From NCBI GenBank assembly GCA_019421005.1, contig JAHZGA010000002.1:10204-74203 (forward strand): a DNA stretch of 64,000 nt, written 5' to 3'. Shown in pieces: positions 8,574 through 18,003 of this stretch (position 1 is its first letter; each line of letters starts with the position of its first letter). This DNA is from a bacterium (lineage in GTDB: Bacteria; Bacillota_I; Bacilli_A; RF39; UBA660). The position numbers and the translations under genes were made by a program. The notes beneath the pieces were generated by a model. The model worked only from the letters and a program-made list of their open reading frames with translations. It made no database searches and was not told where the DNA came from.

Positions 8574-10592
8574 CTACCTTTTAATGCCATATTCTTTTTC
8601 TTTTTGTTGCCTAAAAAACTTTGAACGACTTTCTTTTTTCTTCTTCATCAAAGTTTTATCTAAAGGTTCCATACTTGCTTTCATATCGTTTATAATAAAA
8701 GTCGTTTCATTTCTTGGGTCTGCACCAATATATTCAATTTGTGCGTCTTGATTTTTGCTAATGTCATATTTTGAAATATACGAAGTATATGTACCTCTGC
8801 CACTAGTTGCCATAGACAATTCTAAAGGAAAATTCATCATATTAGATGCTGGAACCTCACCTTCTAAAGTTATCACATGATCAAAATGATTAGTAATCTC
8901 ATATAAACCATTTTTTGAAGATAATAATTTAATGACAGAACTCAAATCTTTTTCTGGTAAAGTTATAATGTATTTTAATATTGGTTCTAATAATTTCATT
9001 TTAGCTTGTTTTAAGCATCTAAATAGCGCAAGTGGTGTAATTATATTAAAGTGCATTGGATCACTTCCCATTGAATCAAATTGCCCGTCAATTAATGCTA
9101 CTTCCATATCTGTTAATTCCCAACCATTTAAACCTTGTTTAGAATAATAGTTAATTAATCTTTCAACTTGTCTCTGATATTTTAAATGTAAAAAGTCAGT
9201 AGAAACTTTAGAAACATATTTAAAGCCACTTCCTCTTTCTAAAGGAGTAACTTCTAATTCGATACCAGAAACCGTTGTGTAGGTTGCTTTTGCTCGAGAT
9301 GTAGTAGTTGGAAATTCTTTATGAATAACAACTGGATTTTCAATATTAACTTTTAACCCAAATCTTTCATCTAATAAAGTTTTAACAATTTGTGCTTGAA
9401 CTTCGCCCATTAAACTACAAAAAATCTAATTTGTTCGTTCATTATATCTTACATTTAAATAAGGATCTTCCTCATTTAATATTTTCAATGCCTTCATAAG
9501 TTCTATTGTATCCTCTTTTTTTTCTGGATTTATTTCCATTGTAAGTAGCGGTTTAACAAAACTTATATATTTATCAAATCCTTGTTTATTACCAATAATT
9601 TGTCCACATTTTACATCAAGACCATTAATAATAGCAATATCTCCACTATAAACTTTATCTACAGAAAGCATTTTAGTACCACTGGCAATAGTTAAATTTT
9701 TAATTTTTTCTATTTTTTCGTCAGTGGTTTTAACTGTATCACGATTTTCTAACTTTCCATTTAAAACTTTAACATATGCATTTTTTCCATTATCGCCAAC
9801 TCTAATCATAAAAACATAAGCAGATAATTCACTATCTAATTTTTTGATTGTTGTTGGTATATATCTGGAAATTGCTTCTACCAAGTCATCAACACCAACA
9901 TCTATTAATGCACTCCCACCAATTACTGGAAATAATTTACAACTATGAGTTAAATTATAAATTTTTTCTGTTAACCAATCACAATCAATATCAAAACCAT
10001 TAGTATATTTCTCTAAAACTTCATCATCTATCATTGATAGTTCTTCAATAATATCTTCAATTTTTGATTCATCAATAGTTAAAGAACCATCTTCATTTTT
10101 TCTTACATGCTTTAAGGTTAAGATAGGTACTTTCAAATTATTTTGCAATTCTGCAACAACTCTATCATAATCTGCACCGTGTCTATCCATTTTATTAATA
10201 AAAATTATTACTGGAACATTTTTTTCTTGTAGTGCTCTCCAAATAGTATAGGTTTGTGCTTCTAATCCTTCAACACCAGAAATAACCAAAATTGCTCCGT
10301 CTAAAACATTTATAGCCCTTTCAACCTCTGCTGAAAAATCAACATGACCCGGAGTGTCAATTAGTTGAATAGTTTTTCCGTCTAAATCAAACGAAACAAT
10401 AGAATCTCTAACAGTTATCCCCCGTTCTTTTTCAACTTTCATATTATCTGTAACTGTATTACCAGTATCAACCCTTCCAATACTATCTATAACTTTAGTA
10501 TGATATAACAAATGTTCTGTTATGGTTGTTTTACCTGCATTTGCATGCGCAAAAATACCTAAAGTTAAAACTCTTTTATCTTTTCTATCCAA
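8574..10592 (-). pseudogene. Tet(M)/Tet(O)-like translational GTPase (ribosomal-protection/EF-G family) interrupted by one in-frame TAG
   Basis: G-domain motifs AHANAGKTT, DTPGH, NKMD, and a TetM-like N-terminus. ORFs 9426..10601 and 8574..9410 are in the same frame and are separated only by TAG at 9426-9428 (..YNERTN*IFCSLMGEVQAQIV..). The likely start is TTG 10592, after AGGTGA. Confidence 0.75.
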
Positions 10593-10668
10593 GTTAATCA
10601 CCTACTAATTGTAATATACAAAAACATCAAAAATTAATTTATGTCTAGTTTTTTTAATTTTACAGTAT

Positions 10669-10998
10669 TTAAAATATTTTACTACCATTTTCAACTTTTC
10701 TTTCTGGATTAAGAATTACACATCCTTCTTTAGTGTCTGCACCTAATATTCTAACTTCACTTTTTACATCTGCTATCCGCATTGGTTCAAAGTTTGTAAC
10801 AACTATTACTTGCTTTCCTATTAGTTCATCCATTGAATATAAATCAGTTATTTGGGCTGATGAATTTTTAATTCCTATATTCTCTCCAACATCTATTTTT
10901 ATTTTATAAGCAGGTTTTCTTGCTCTTTTATTTACTCCAACATCAACAATAGTCCCCACACTCATATCTACTTTATTAAAATCTTCAATACTTAACAT
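10669..10998 (-). CDS. csaA: tRNA-binding domain protein (CsaA-like)
   Basis: 109 aa: FNKVDMSVGTIVDV...KPAYKIKIDVGE...IGKQVIVVTNFEPMRIADVKSEVRILGA, typical of the CsaA/EMAP tRNA-binding fold. Confidence 0.8.
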   Translation of the reverse strand: MLSIEDFNKVDMSVGTIVDVGVNKRARKPAYKIKIDVGENIGIKNSSAQITDLYSMDELIGKQVIVVTNFEPMRIADVKSEVRILGADTKEGCVILNPERKVENGSKIF

Positions 10999-11114
10999 TT
11001 TTCCTCCAATTCTAGTACCAAATTACTAATAATTTCATCATTTTCATTTCTTTTCACTGCTAAAAGTAAATGATTATCTTTTAAAATACCAGTAAGTACA
11101 ATTCTTGTTTTCAT
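10992..11114 (-). CDS. small ORF (40 aa), possibly a remnant of a Nudix-like N-terminus
   Basis: Not in the ORF track. AGGAGAG plus 7 nt precedes ATG 11114. Product is MKTRIVLTGILKDNHLLLAVKRNENDEIISNLVLELEEKC. Its stop overlaps the csaA start (ATGTTAA). Weak evidence. Confidence 0.25.
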   Translation of the reverse strand: MKTRIVLTGILKDNHLLLAVKRNENDEIISNLVLELEEKC

Positions 11115-11184
11115 ATTTTAACTCTCCTATCTTGGTTATATTATACCATAAATTTTTAGCAAATCATTTATAATTATTATTTTA

Positions 11185-11226
11185 GTAAAAAAAATAATGA
11201 CCACGATTAATTGGTATCATTATTTC
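11185..11226 (-). terminator. rho-independent terminator after the SEDS gene
   Basis: Minus strand reads AATAATGATACCA-ATTAATCG-TGGTCATTATT followed by T8. Confidence 0.7.
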
Positions 11227-11276
11227 TTATTAATAATTCTTTTCTATATACTATACTAATTTATAGTGTAATTCAT

Positions 11277-12371
11277 TTAAAACTTTTTATTATATCTACT
11301 TATATTTAAAATTATTCCTATAGATGATAAAGTAATTAACAAACTAGAACCACCATAACTTAAAAATGGAAGTGTTACACCTGTTACTGGTATAAGACCA
11401 ACTACTACCATTAAATTTAAGGTTGTTTGAAAAGCAATTTGAAAAGTTAACCCAAATGCTAGAAACTTGGCAAATAAATCTTTAGAATTATAAGCAATTT
11501 TAAAACCTGTTATAATTATAGTTAAAAACAATGTTGTTATAATGATTATACCTAAAACACCAAATTCTTCGCTGATAATGGCAAAAATAAAATCAGTTTG
11601 AGGTTCAGGCAAATAAAAATGTTTTTGAATAGAATTTCCAAATCCTAATCCAAATAATCCACCTGGACCTATTGCATATAATGACTGAATAATTTGAAAA
11701 CCACTACCTAATGGATCACTCCAAGGATTTAAAAATGATAGTATTCTTTTTAAACGATAAGGTGCGATTAAGATTAACACAACTACTAAAGCAATTCCTA
11801 ATAATCCCATCTTTAAAAAGAATTTGAAATTTACACCACCTACAAACAATAGACCAACAATACTCATAACAATAATAACACCTGTTCCAAAGTCTGGTTG
11901 TAACATAATTAATCCAAATACTAATAAAGTTAGACCTAAAATAGGTAAAACACCCTTTTTTATATCCTTTATTTGCTTTTGATTTTTAGTCAAATATTTA
12001 GAAGTAAAAATAATAAGTCCTAATTTAGCAGCTTCACTAGGTTGTAATCCAAATGAACCTATTCCAAACCAACTCCTACTTCCATTTCTAACACTTCCTA
12101 TTCCTGGAATTAAAACTAATACCAATAAAATTAAACAAATAACTATAATTATATTAGCTTTATTATAAAAATGATTATAATTAAATTTACTAACTAAATA
12201 CATTATTATTAAGCCTAATATTAGAAAAATACTTTGATTAATAACATATTTATATGGATTTTCAAACTTATATTCTGACCATATAGCTGATGCAGAATAT
12301 ATCATAATTACACCAAAAACACTTATTAAAATTACACTAAAAAATAATAAAAGATTAATTTTTTTAGGCAT
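11277..12371 (-). CDS. ftsW: SEDS-family peptidoglycan glycosyltransferase (FtsW/RodA/SpoVE)
   Basis: About 10 TM helices and a C-terminus GLIPVTGVTLPFLSYGGSSLL typical of the family. Start chosen at ATG 12371 after GGAGGT; the ORF-track start at 12425 overlaps mraY. Confidence 0.9.
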   Translation of the reverse strand: MPKKINLLLFFSVILISVFGVIMIYSASAIWSEYKFENPYKYVINQSIFLILGLIIMYLVSKFNYNHFYNKANIIIVICLILLVLVLIPGIGSVRNGSRSWFGIGSFGLQPSEAAKLGLIIFTSKYLTKNQKQIKDIKKGVLPILGLTLLVFGLIMLQPDFGTGVIIVMSIVGLLFVGGVNFKFFLKMGLLGIALVVVLILIAPYRLKRILSFLNPWSDPLGSGFQIIQSLYAIGPGGLFGLGFGNSIQKHFYLPEPQTDFIFAIISEEFGVLGIIIITTLFLTIIITGFKIAYNSKDLFAKFLAFGLTFQIAFQTTLNLMVVVGLIPVTGVTLPFLSYGGSSLLITLSSIGIILNISRYNKKF

Positions 12372-12384
12372 TTGTTTACCTCCT

Positions 12385-13377
12385 TTAAATCCAAACTCCA
12401 AAAGCAATAGAAGCCATAGAAGCAATTAAACCAATTATCCAGAATAATTTTACAATATCTCTTTCATTCCATCCTATTTTTTCAAAAGTATGATGAATTG
12501 GTGTCATAGGGAACAATCTTTTTTTAGTTAATTTATAATAAGATATTTGAATTATACAAGATAATGTTTCTATAACAAAAACAATTCCAATTAGCACTAA
12601 TAATAACTCATGTCTTGTTAAGATTGAAATTGCACCTATTGTTGCTCCTAAACATAAAGAACCAGTATCTCCCATAAAAACTTTAGCAGGGCTTACATTA
12701 AATACCAAAAATCCTAATAAAGCTCCAAGTAAAGCAAAACAAAATATTGCAATTTCTTCATAACCATCTAGCCATCCTGTATTCCAAGTAATAAGTCCAA
12801 GTGTTAAAAAGGCGATTGCTGATAGTCCTCCAGCTAATCCATCTAGTCCATCAGTTAAATTAACCGCATTACTACTTGATAATAAAATAAATAAAATGAA
12901 TAATCCATAAAACCAACCAATGTTGATTTTAATTTTTAAGGTATGTATCCAAAATAAAGGTTCATTTCCACCTTTCATAAAAAAGTAAAAGAAAGTTATA
13001 GCAATTAACAATTGTAAAAGTAATTTACTTTTTTCTGTTAATCCTTTATTATTATGTCTTTTAATTATTAAATAATCATCTATAAACCCTATTATAGCGT
13101 ATCCTATAAAAGTAAAAACAACAATAAATAAACTATAACTTAAATCTATTTTATCTAATAAATATAAAATAGTTAAAGTAATCAAAGTAGGAACAATAAA
13201 TATAATTCCTCCCATAGTTGGAGTATGAGCTTTAGATTTATGACGATCTTTTAAATATACATTTAATTCTTGATTAACTTTAAATTTTTTTAAAAAAGGA
13301 ATTAATAATAACCCCACTACTACTGCTAGTAAAAAACAAGTCATCATAACTAAAACTGATTTAGTTAAAATTAACAT
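12385..13377 (-). CDS. mraY: phospho-N-acetylmuramoyl-pentapeptide transferase
   Basis: 330-aa polytopic protein with NAVNLTDGLDGLA and MGDTGSL motifs. GGAGGGG lies upstream. Confidence 0.95.
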   Translation of the reverse strand: MLILTKSVLVMMTCFLLAVVVGLLLIPFLKKFKVNQELNVYLKDRHKSKAHTPTMGGIIFIVPTLITLTILYLLDKIDLSYSLFIVVFTFIGYAIIGFIDDYLIIKRHNNKGLTEKSKLLLQLLIAITFFYFFMKGGNEPLFWIHTLKIKINIGWFYGLFILFILLSSSNAVNLTDGLDGLAGGLSAIAFLTLGLITWNTGWLDGYEEIAIFCFALLGALLGFLVFNVSPAKVFMGDTGSLCLGATIGAISILTRHELLLVLIGIVFVIETLSCIIQISYYKLTKKRLFPMTPIHHTFEKIGWNERDIVKLFWIIGLIASMASIAFGVWI

Positions 13378-13389
13378 TATTTTCCCCTC

Positions 13390-15297
13390 CTAATCACTTA
13401 ATAATAATCTAACTGTTTCACCCTCATAAATTCTAGTTTTACCTTTTGGTGATTGATATATAATTTTTTCCCCACTTCCAGAAAATTCAATTTTAAAATC
13501 TCCCAATAATTTAGTAGCTTCACTAGGAGTTAAACCTATGACATTTGGTACTTCTTTATAAACTTTATCCATATAATTATATTTTTTTTCACTTCCACCT
13601 TTAGGTTTTTTTATATCTAATATTCCAATAATATCATTTAAAACTGTACGTGCTATAGGGGCAGCTATAGTTCCACCATATTGAGTTACACCTTTAGCAT
13701 TATCAACAGCAATATATACAACAACTTCAGGGTCATTAGCAGGCATAAATCCAATAAAAGATGTTATATAATTTCCTACCATATATTTTCCATCTTGAAC
13801 TTTTTGAGCTGTTCCTGTTTTTCCACCAACACGATAACCATCTATATAAGCTGGACGTCCAGTTCCGAATGACACAACATTCTCTAAAGTGTTTCTAACT
13901 TTTTCACTTGTTTCATTGCTAATAACTTTTCTTACAAGTTTTTTCTTATTCTGTTTTATAACAGCATTAGTTTCTGGTTCATTTAAACTTTTAACTATAT
14001 AAGGTCTATACAAGTAACCGCCATTAATAGCAGCGCTTACAGCAGTTATTTGTTGTATAGGAGTAACTGAAACTCCTTGACCAAAGGATGTTGTAGCTAA
14101 TTCAACTGGTCCTACATTATCTAAATTAAACAAAATTCCTGATCCTTCTCCATTTAAATCTATTCCTGTTTTTTTCCCGAAACCAAAATTTTTAATATAT
14201 TCAAATAATTTTTCCTTTCCTATTTTTTGACCCATTACAACAAAACCTGGGTTACAAGAATTTTGCACTACTTCCATAAACGTTTGGGCTCCATGTCCTC
14301 CGTGTTTCCAACATTTGATTCGCGCATTTTCAACCGTAATACTCCCCCCGTCATAATACGTATCTTTGTTTAAATCAATAAGTTTTTCTTCTAAAGCTGT
14401 TGCTAAAGTAATTATTTTGAAAGTTGATCCAGGTTCATAAGTTGACCATATAGGTAAATTACGATTTATTTCTTCCGTTTTATAATTTTTATACTTACTT
14501 GGTGAAAAACTAGGCCTTGAAGCAATAGCTAAAATTTCACCAGTATTAGGGTTCATCACAATACCTAAAGCTTGATCTGGATTATACTTTGAAACAGCAT
14601 TATTTAATTCTCGTTCTAAAACTGCTTGAATTTCATAATTAACAGTCAAAGAAATATTAACACCATTTTGAGGTTGTTCATATACTTCACTTAATTTTAG
14701 TTTTTTCCCTTTAGCATCACTAAAATATTTAATTGAACCATAACTTCCCGTTAAATAATCATTATACATAAGTTCAATACCACTTAAACCTTGGTTGTCT
14801 ATTCCAACAAATCCTAAAGTATGTGATAACATTTGATCATATGGATAATTTCTTTTAGATTCTTTTACTAAATATACTCCAGGTAATTTTAAATTATTTA
14901 TTTTATCAGCAATTTCATATGACAATCTTCTTCCTTCAGGATGAACTCTTTCAATCGATGATTTTTTAGTAACATGTTTATAAATTTCTTTATAACTAAC
15001 ATTTAAAATTTTACTTATTTTTTTTGCTGTTAATTCCTTATTTTTTATTTGATTAGGTATAAATACTAATGAAGTAGTTGTTATATTGTTTGCTAAAACA
15101 ACTCCAGTAGTATCATAAATTATTCCTCTATCAGCTTCAATTGGCAAATTTCTACTCCATAAACCTGTTGCATATTTATTTAATTTCTTATAATCAAATA
15201 CTTGAATATAAATAACTTTAGAAATTATTAGAAAAAATAATATTAATATAACAATCAAAACTACCTTAATTCTAACATGTATTTTTTTAAAGAACAT
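13390..15297 (-). CDS. class B penicillin-binding protein (PBP2B/SpoVD-like) with C-terminal PASTA domain
   Basis: N-terminal anchor and dimerisation domain. Transpeptidase motifs STFK, SCN, KTGT. C-terminal PASTA-like VPNVIGLTPSEATKLL. Confidence 0.92.
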   Translation of the reverse strand: MFFKKIHVRIKVVLIVILILFFLIISKVIYIQVFDYKKLNKYATGLWSRNLPIEADRGIIYDTTGVVLANNITTTSLVFIPNQIKNKELTAKKISKILNVSYKEIYKHVTKKSSIERVHPEGRRLSYEIADKINNLKLPGVYLVKESKRNYPYDQMLSHTLGFVGIDNQGLSGIELMYNDYLTGSYGSIKYFSDAKGKKLKLSEVYEQPQNGVNISLTVNYEIQAVLERELNNAVSKYNPDQALGIVMNPNTGEILAIASRPSFSPSKYKNYKTEEINRNLPIWSTYEPGSTFKIITLATALEEKLIDLNKDTYYDGGSITVENARIKCWKHGGHGAQTFMEVVQNSCNPGFVVMGQKIGKEKLFEYIKNFGFGKKTGIDLNGEGSGILFNLDNVGPVELATTSFGQGVSVTPIQQITAVSAAINGGYLYRPYIVKSLNEPETNAVIKQNKKKLVRKVISNETSEKVRNTLENVVSFGTGRPAYIDGYRVGGKTGTAQKVQDGKYMVGNYITSFIGFMPANDPEVVVYIAVDNAKGVTQYGGTIAAPIARTVLNDIIGILDIKKPKGGSEKKYNYMDKVYKEVPNVIGLTPSEATKLLGDFKIEFSGSGEKIIYQSPKGKTRIYEGETVRLLLSD

Positions 15298-15310
15298 TAA
15301 GGTTCACCCC

Positions 15311-15341
15311 TTAAAAAAATATATGTCCAAGCATATATTTT
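15311..15341 (-). terminator. hairpin plus U-run between the upstream pseudogene and the PBP gene
   Basis: Minus strand reads AAATATATG-CTTGGA-CATATATTT followed by TTTTT, then directly the PBP RBS AAGGGGTGA. Confidence 0.55.
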
Positions 15342-15403
15342 TATGTATAATGGTTTATAAAAAAAGTATGTATAAATACACACTCTAAATTTTTTTATTT
15401 AAT

Positions 15404-15896
15404 TTATAACTTTCTATCCAATATATTTTCTACATTATATGAATTACTTATTTCTTTTATAATAGTAGACCCAATTTGTTTTAATCGATTTTCATCTTTT
15501 ATTATTTCAATGAATTTTTTATTTCCAATTTTTTCATACAAATCTCTCTTTTTCTTTACCATAAACATAATATTTATATAAATGATGAGTAATTTCATGC
15601 ATTAATCCTTTAAACATATATTCCTTTGATTTATCTCCATTTAAATCAATATAAGCATAAGCTCCTGTATCAGTAAAAAATCCAGAAAAAGAAGATTTTT
15701 CATAAACAAAATTTGTTTCTTCAGTTTTATCTGTTAATGCAACTATTATTTCTATATTACCATTAATGTTGAAAAACTTTTTAATTCTTTCTATGTTTTC
15801 ATAATAATACAGTTTAAATTCATCTGCAAATTTCTCCAAATTATTGGAACAATATATTATCAAATTTTTATCTGTTATTTTTACATCAAAATCCAT
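15404..15896 (-). pseudogene. HExxH zinc-metallopeptidase-like protein, frameshifted in an A-run near 15543-15557
   Basis: ORF 15534..15914 (start probably ATG 15896 after GAGGGTGGTG) ends ..LMHEITHHLYKYYVYGKEKERFV*. The +1 frame continues as RDLYEKIGNKKFIEIIKDENRLKQIGSTIIKEISNSYNVENILDRKL* (ORF 15404..15598). Confidence 0.6.
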
Positions 15897-15931
15897 TACA
15901 TACACCACCCTCATATAAAATAATCATTAAT

Positions 15932-17227
15932 TTATTTATTAATACAAAAAACTGCATAAAGTGGTACTGATTTTATATTGTTTTCAAGTCCAAAGTTTTT
16001 TGAAGATACTCGAATACTTACTTCAGGATTATATTTTTTTATATATTCATTCAAACTTTTACTATTAGTTCTTCTACCACTTTTAACTTCTATCGGAATT
16101 ATATTTCCATCAAGTTTTATTAAAAAATCTATTTCATATTTATCAAAATTATAGTAGTATAATTCTTTTGATTTAGGATATAATTCACAAGCTATATAAT
16201 TTTCAGTAAGTACACCTTTAAACATTTCATTTTTATCCATTAATATTTCTCTATAATCTAAATTAGATAATGATCTTAATAATCCAACATCACTTAAATA
16301 TAATTTAAATTTATCCGAATTAATAAAAGCTTTTAATGGCGATTCATTTTTTTCAGTTAAATCACACTTAAGTACCATATTACTTGCAAGTAACCAATCA
16401 AGACTACTTTCATATCTAATTTTTCTAGCATCCTTATCAACAATACTATATTTAAATGTATTATTTACTCTAGCAAGCTCTTTGGGAATAGAGTTATAAA
16501 TTTGATTATTCTTAATTCCTTCACTATTTTCTGTATATTTATTCATATCTGCTAAATAAGAGGTAATAATTTGTTCTTGAAGTTCAAAATTAACATGAGA
16601 TATATTACATTCATTATCTAAAAAATTATTAATAATAGCTGGCATTCCACCTAATACTAAATACTTTTTATATAATTCTAGTGCTTTCTCATGAATAGGT
16701 TTCATTAATGATTCATTAGAATTATAATGTGTTATAATTTCATTAATTAATTTTTTTTCTCCTAAAGCAATTAAATATTCTTCAAAATTCATCGGATATA
16801 AATATTTGATTGTCACCTTACCTACTGGAAAAGATGATTTAAATCTATTAATCTTAACTCCTAATAGAGAACCCGCACAAACTATTTTATATGGTTTTTT
16901 ACTTTCACAAAAATATTTTAAAGAAGTTATAGCCCTTTCACTTACTTGAATTTCATCTAAAAATATTATTGTTTTTTCAGGATCAATAATTATATTTTTA
17001 ATAATTTCAATTTTTTCTATTATTATATCTGGATCAATAGTATTATCAAATATTTCAGCTATATTTTCCTCTTTATCCAGGTTTATATAAACATAATTAT
17101 CAAAATTAGCCTTACAAAACTTTTCCAATATATATGTTTTTCCAGTTTGTCTAGCACCAACTAACATAAGTGGCATTTTATAATCTTTCTTCCATTTTTT
17201 TAATTCTTCTTCTATTTTCCTATACAT
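15932..17227 (-). CDS. AAA+ ATPase of the DUF4143-containing family
   Basis: Walker A GARQTGKT, Walker B IIFLDEIQ, and a C-terminal part typical of the widespread 'ATP-binding protein, DUF4143' family (recognised from memory). Start chosen at ATG 17227 after GAGGTGA. Confidence 0.8.
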   Translation of the reverse strand: MYRKIEEELKKWKKDYKMPLMLVGARQTGKTYILEKFCKANFDNYVYINLDKEENIAEIFDNTIDPDIIIEKIEIIKNIIIDPEKTIIFLDEIQVSERAITSLKYFCESKKPYKIVCAGSLLGVKINRFKSSFPVGKVTIKYLYPMNFEEYLIALGEKKLINEIITHYNSNESLMKPIHEKALELYKKYLVLGGMPAIINNFLDNECNISHVNFELQEQIITSYLADMNKYTENSEGIKNNQIYNSIPKELARVNNTFKYSIVDKDARKIRYESSLDWLLASNMVLKCDLTEKNESPLKAFINSDKFKLYLSDVGLLRSLSNLDYREILMDKNEMFKGVLTENYIACELYPKSKELYYYNFDKYEIDFLIKLDGNIIPIEVKSGRRTNSKSLNEYIKKYNPEVSIRVSSKNFGLENNIKSVPLYAVFCINK

Positions 17228-17408
17228 GAAAATCACCTCTATATATATTTTAACACATTTCGTACAAAACACACATATTTTTATTGACTTTTTCGTACAT
17301 TTTGCACGAAAACCATGTTTTTGTGTAAAATATTTAAATATTATACAAAAATTATCAATTGAATATTCAAATAATTTATAAATTCCAGTTTTATATTAAC
17401 ATACTAAT

Positions 17409-17951
17409 TTATAATTTTATACTATCAAATATATTTTCTTCTATATCATAAATTGTAAATTTCTTGCTTTCATATATCATATATGTAGGTTTATTATTTT
17501 CTTTAGGTATAGATATTGAACCAACATTAATGTATACCATATCTTCATTCTTTTTTATGTAAGGTATATGTTCATGACCATATATCAATATACCTTTTCT
17601 ATTATATTTTTTATGTTTCTCAAAACTATATTCATTTCCATGAGTTAAATACATATCTAAACCGTCCACACATATTAAAGCCAAATTATTACATATTGGA
17701 AAATCACTTGCCTTAATATCGACATCAGAATCACAATTGCCTTTCAAACAAATAATTTTATCGGAGTATTTAGTTAATATATCTTTAACACTCACACTGT
17801 TAATTTTATATTTTTGATTATATGTAGGTCCAGAATAATATAAATCCCCAAGGACTACCAATTTATCTATTTTTTCTTTCTTAATAATATCTTCTATTTT
17901 TTTTAAATTAACATCAATACCATGTATATCTGATATAAATAATATCTTCAT
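17409..17951 (-). CDS. YfcE/MJ0936-family metallophosphoesterase
   Basis: MKILFISDIHG, LGDLYY, GNCD, GHEH motifs. AAGGAGAG lies upstream. Confidence 0.85.
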   Translation of the reverse strand: MKILFISDIHGIDVNLKKIEDIIKKEKIDKLVVLGDLYYSGPTYNQKYKINSVSVKDILTKYSDKIICLKGNCDSDVDIKASDFPICNNLALICVDGLDMYLTHGNEYSFEKHKKYNRKGILIYGHEHIPYIKKNEDMVYINVGSISIPKENNKPTYMIYESKKFTIYDIEENIFDSIKL

Positions 17952-18003
17952 ATCTAACTCTCCTTATAAAATCTTTTCAATTTTATATTAACTATACTAA
18001 TAA

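Noticed and set aside
9426-9428. In-frame TAG as programmed recoding (pyrrolysine or amber suppression).
   Set aside because: TAG is used as an ordinary stop by well-supported genes in the same window (alaS, the class B PBP, GH31). No pyl genes or recoding structure are visible. A single-base nonsense change is the simpler explanation.
8069-10998. The Tet(M)-like gene as part of a Tn916/conjugative transposon or other mobile resistance element.
   Set aside because: No integrase, excisionase, conjugation or relaxase genes, no flanking repeats, and no tet(M)-style leader were seen. The neighbours are csaA and a Nudix gene, and the sequence is clearly divergent from TetM as I recall it.
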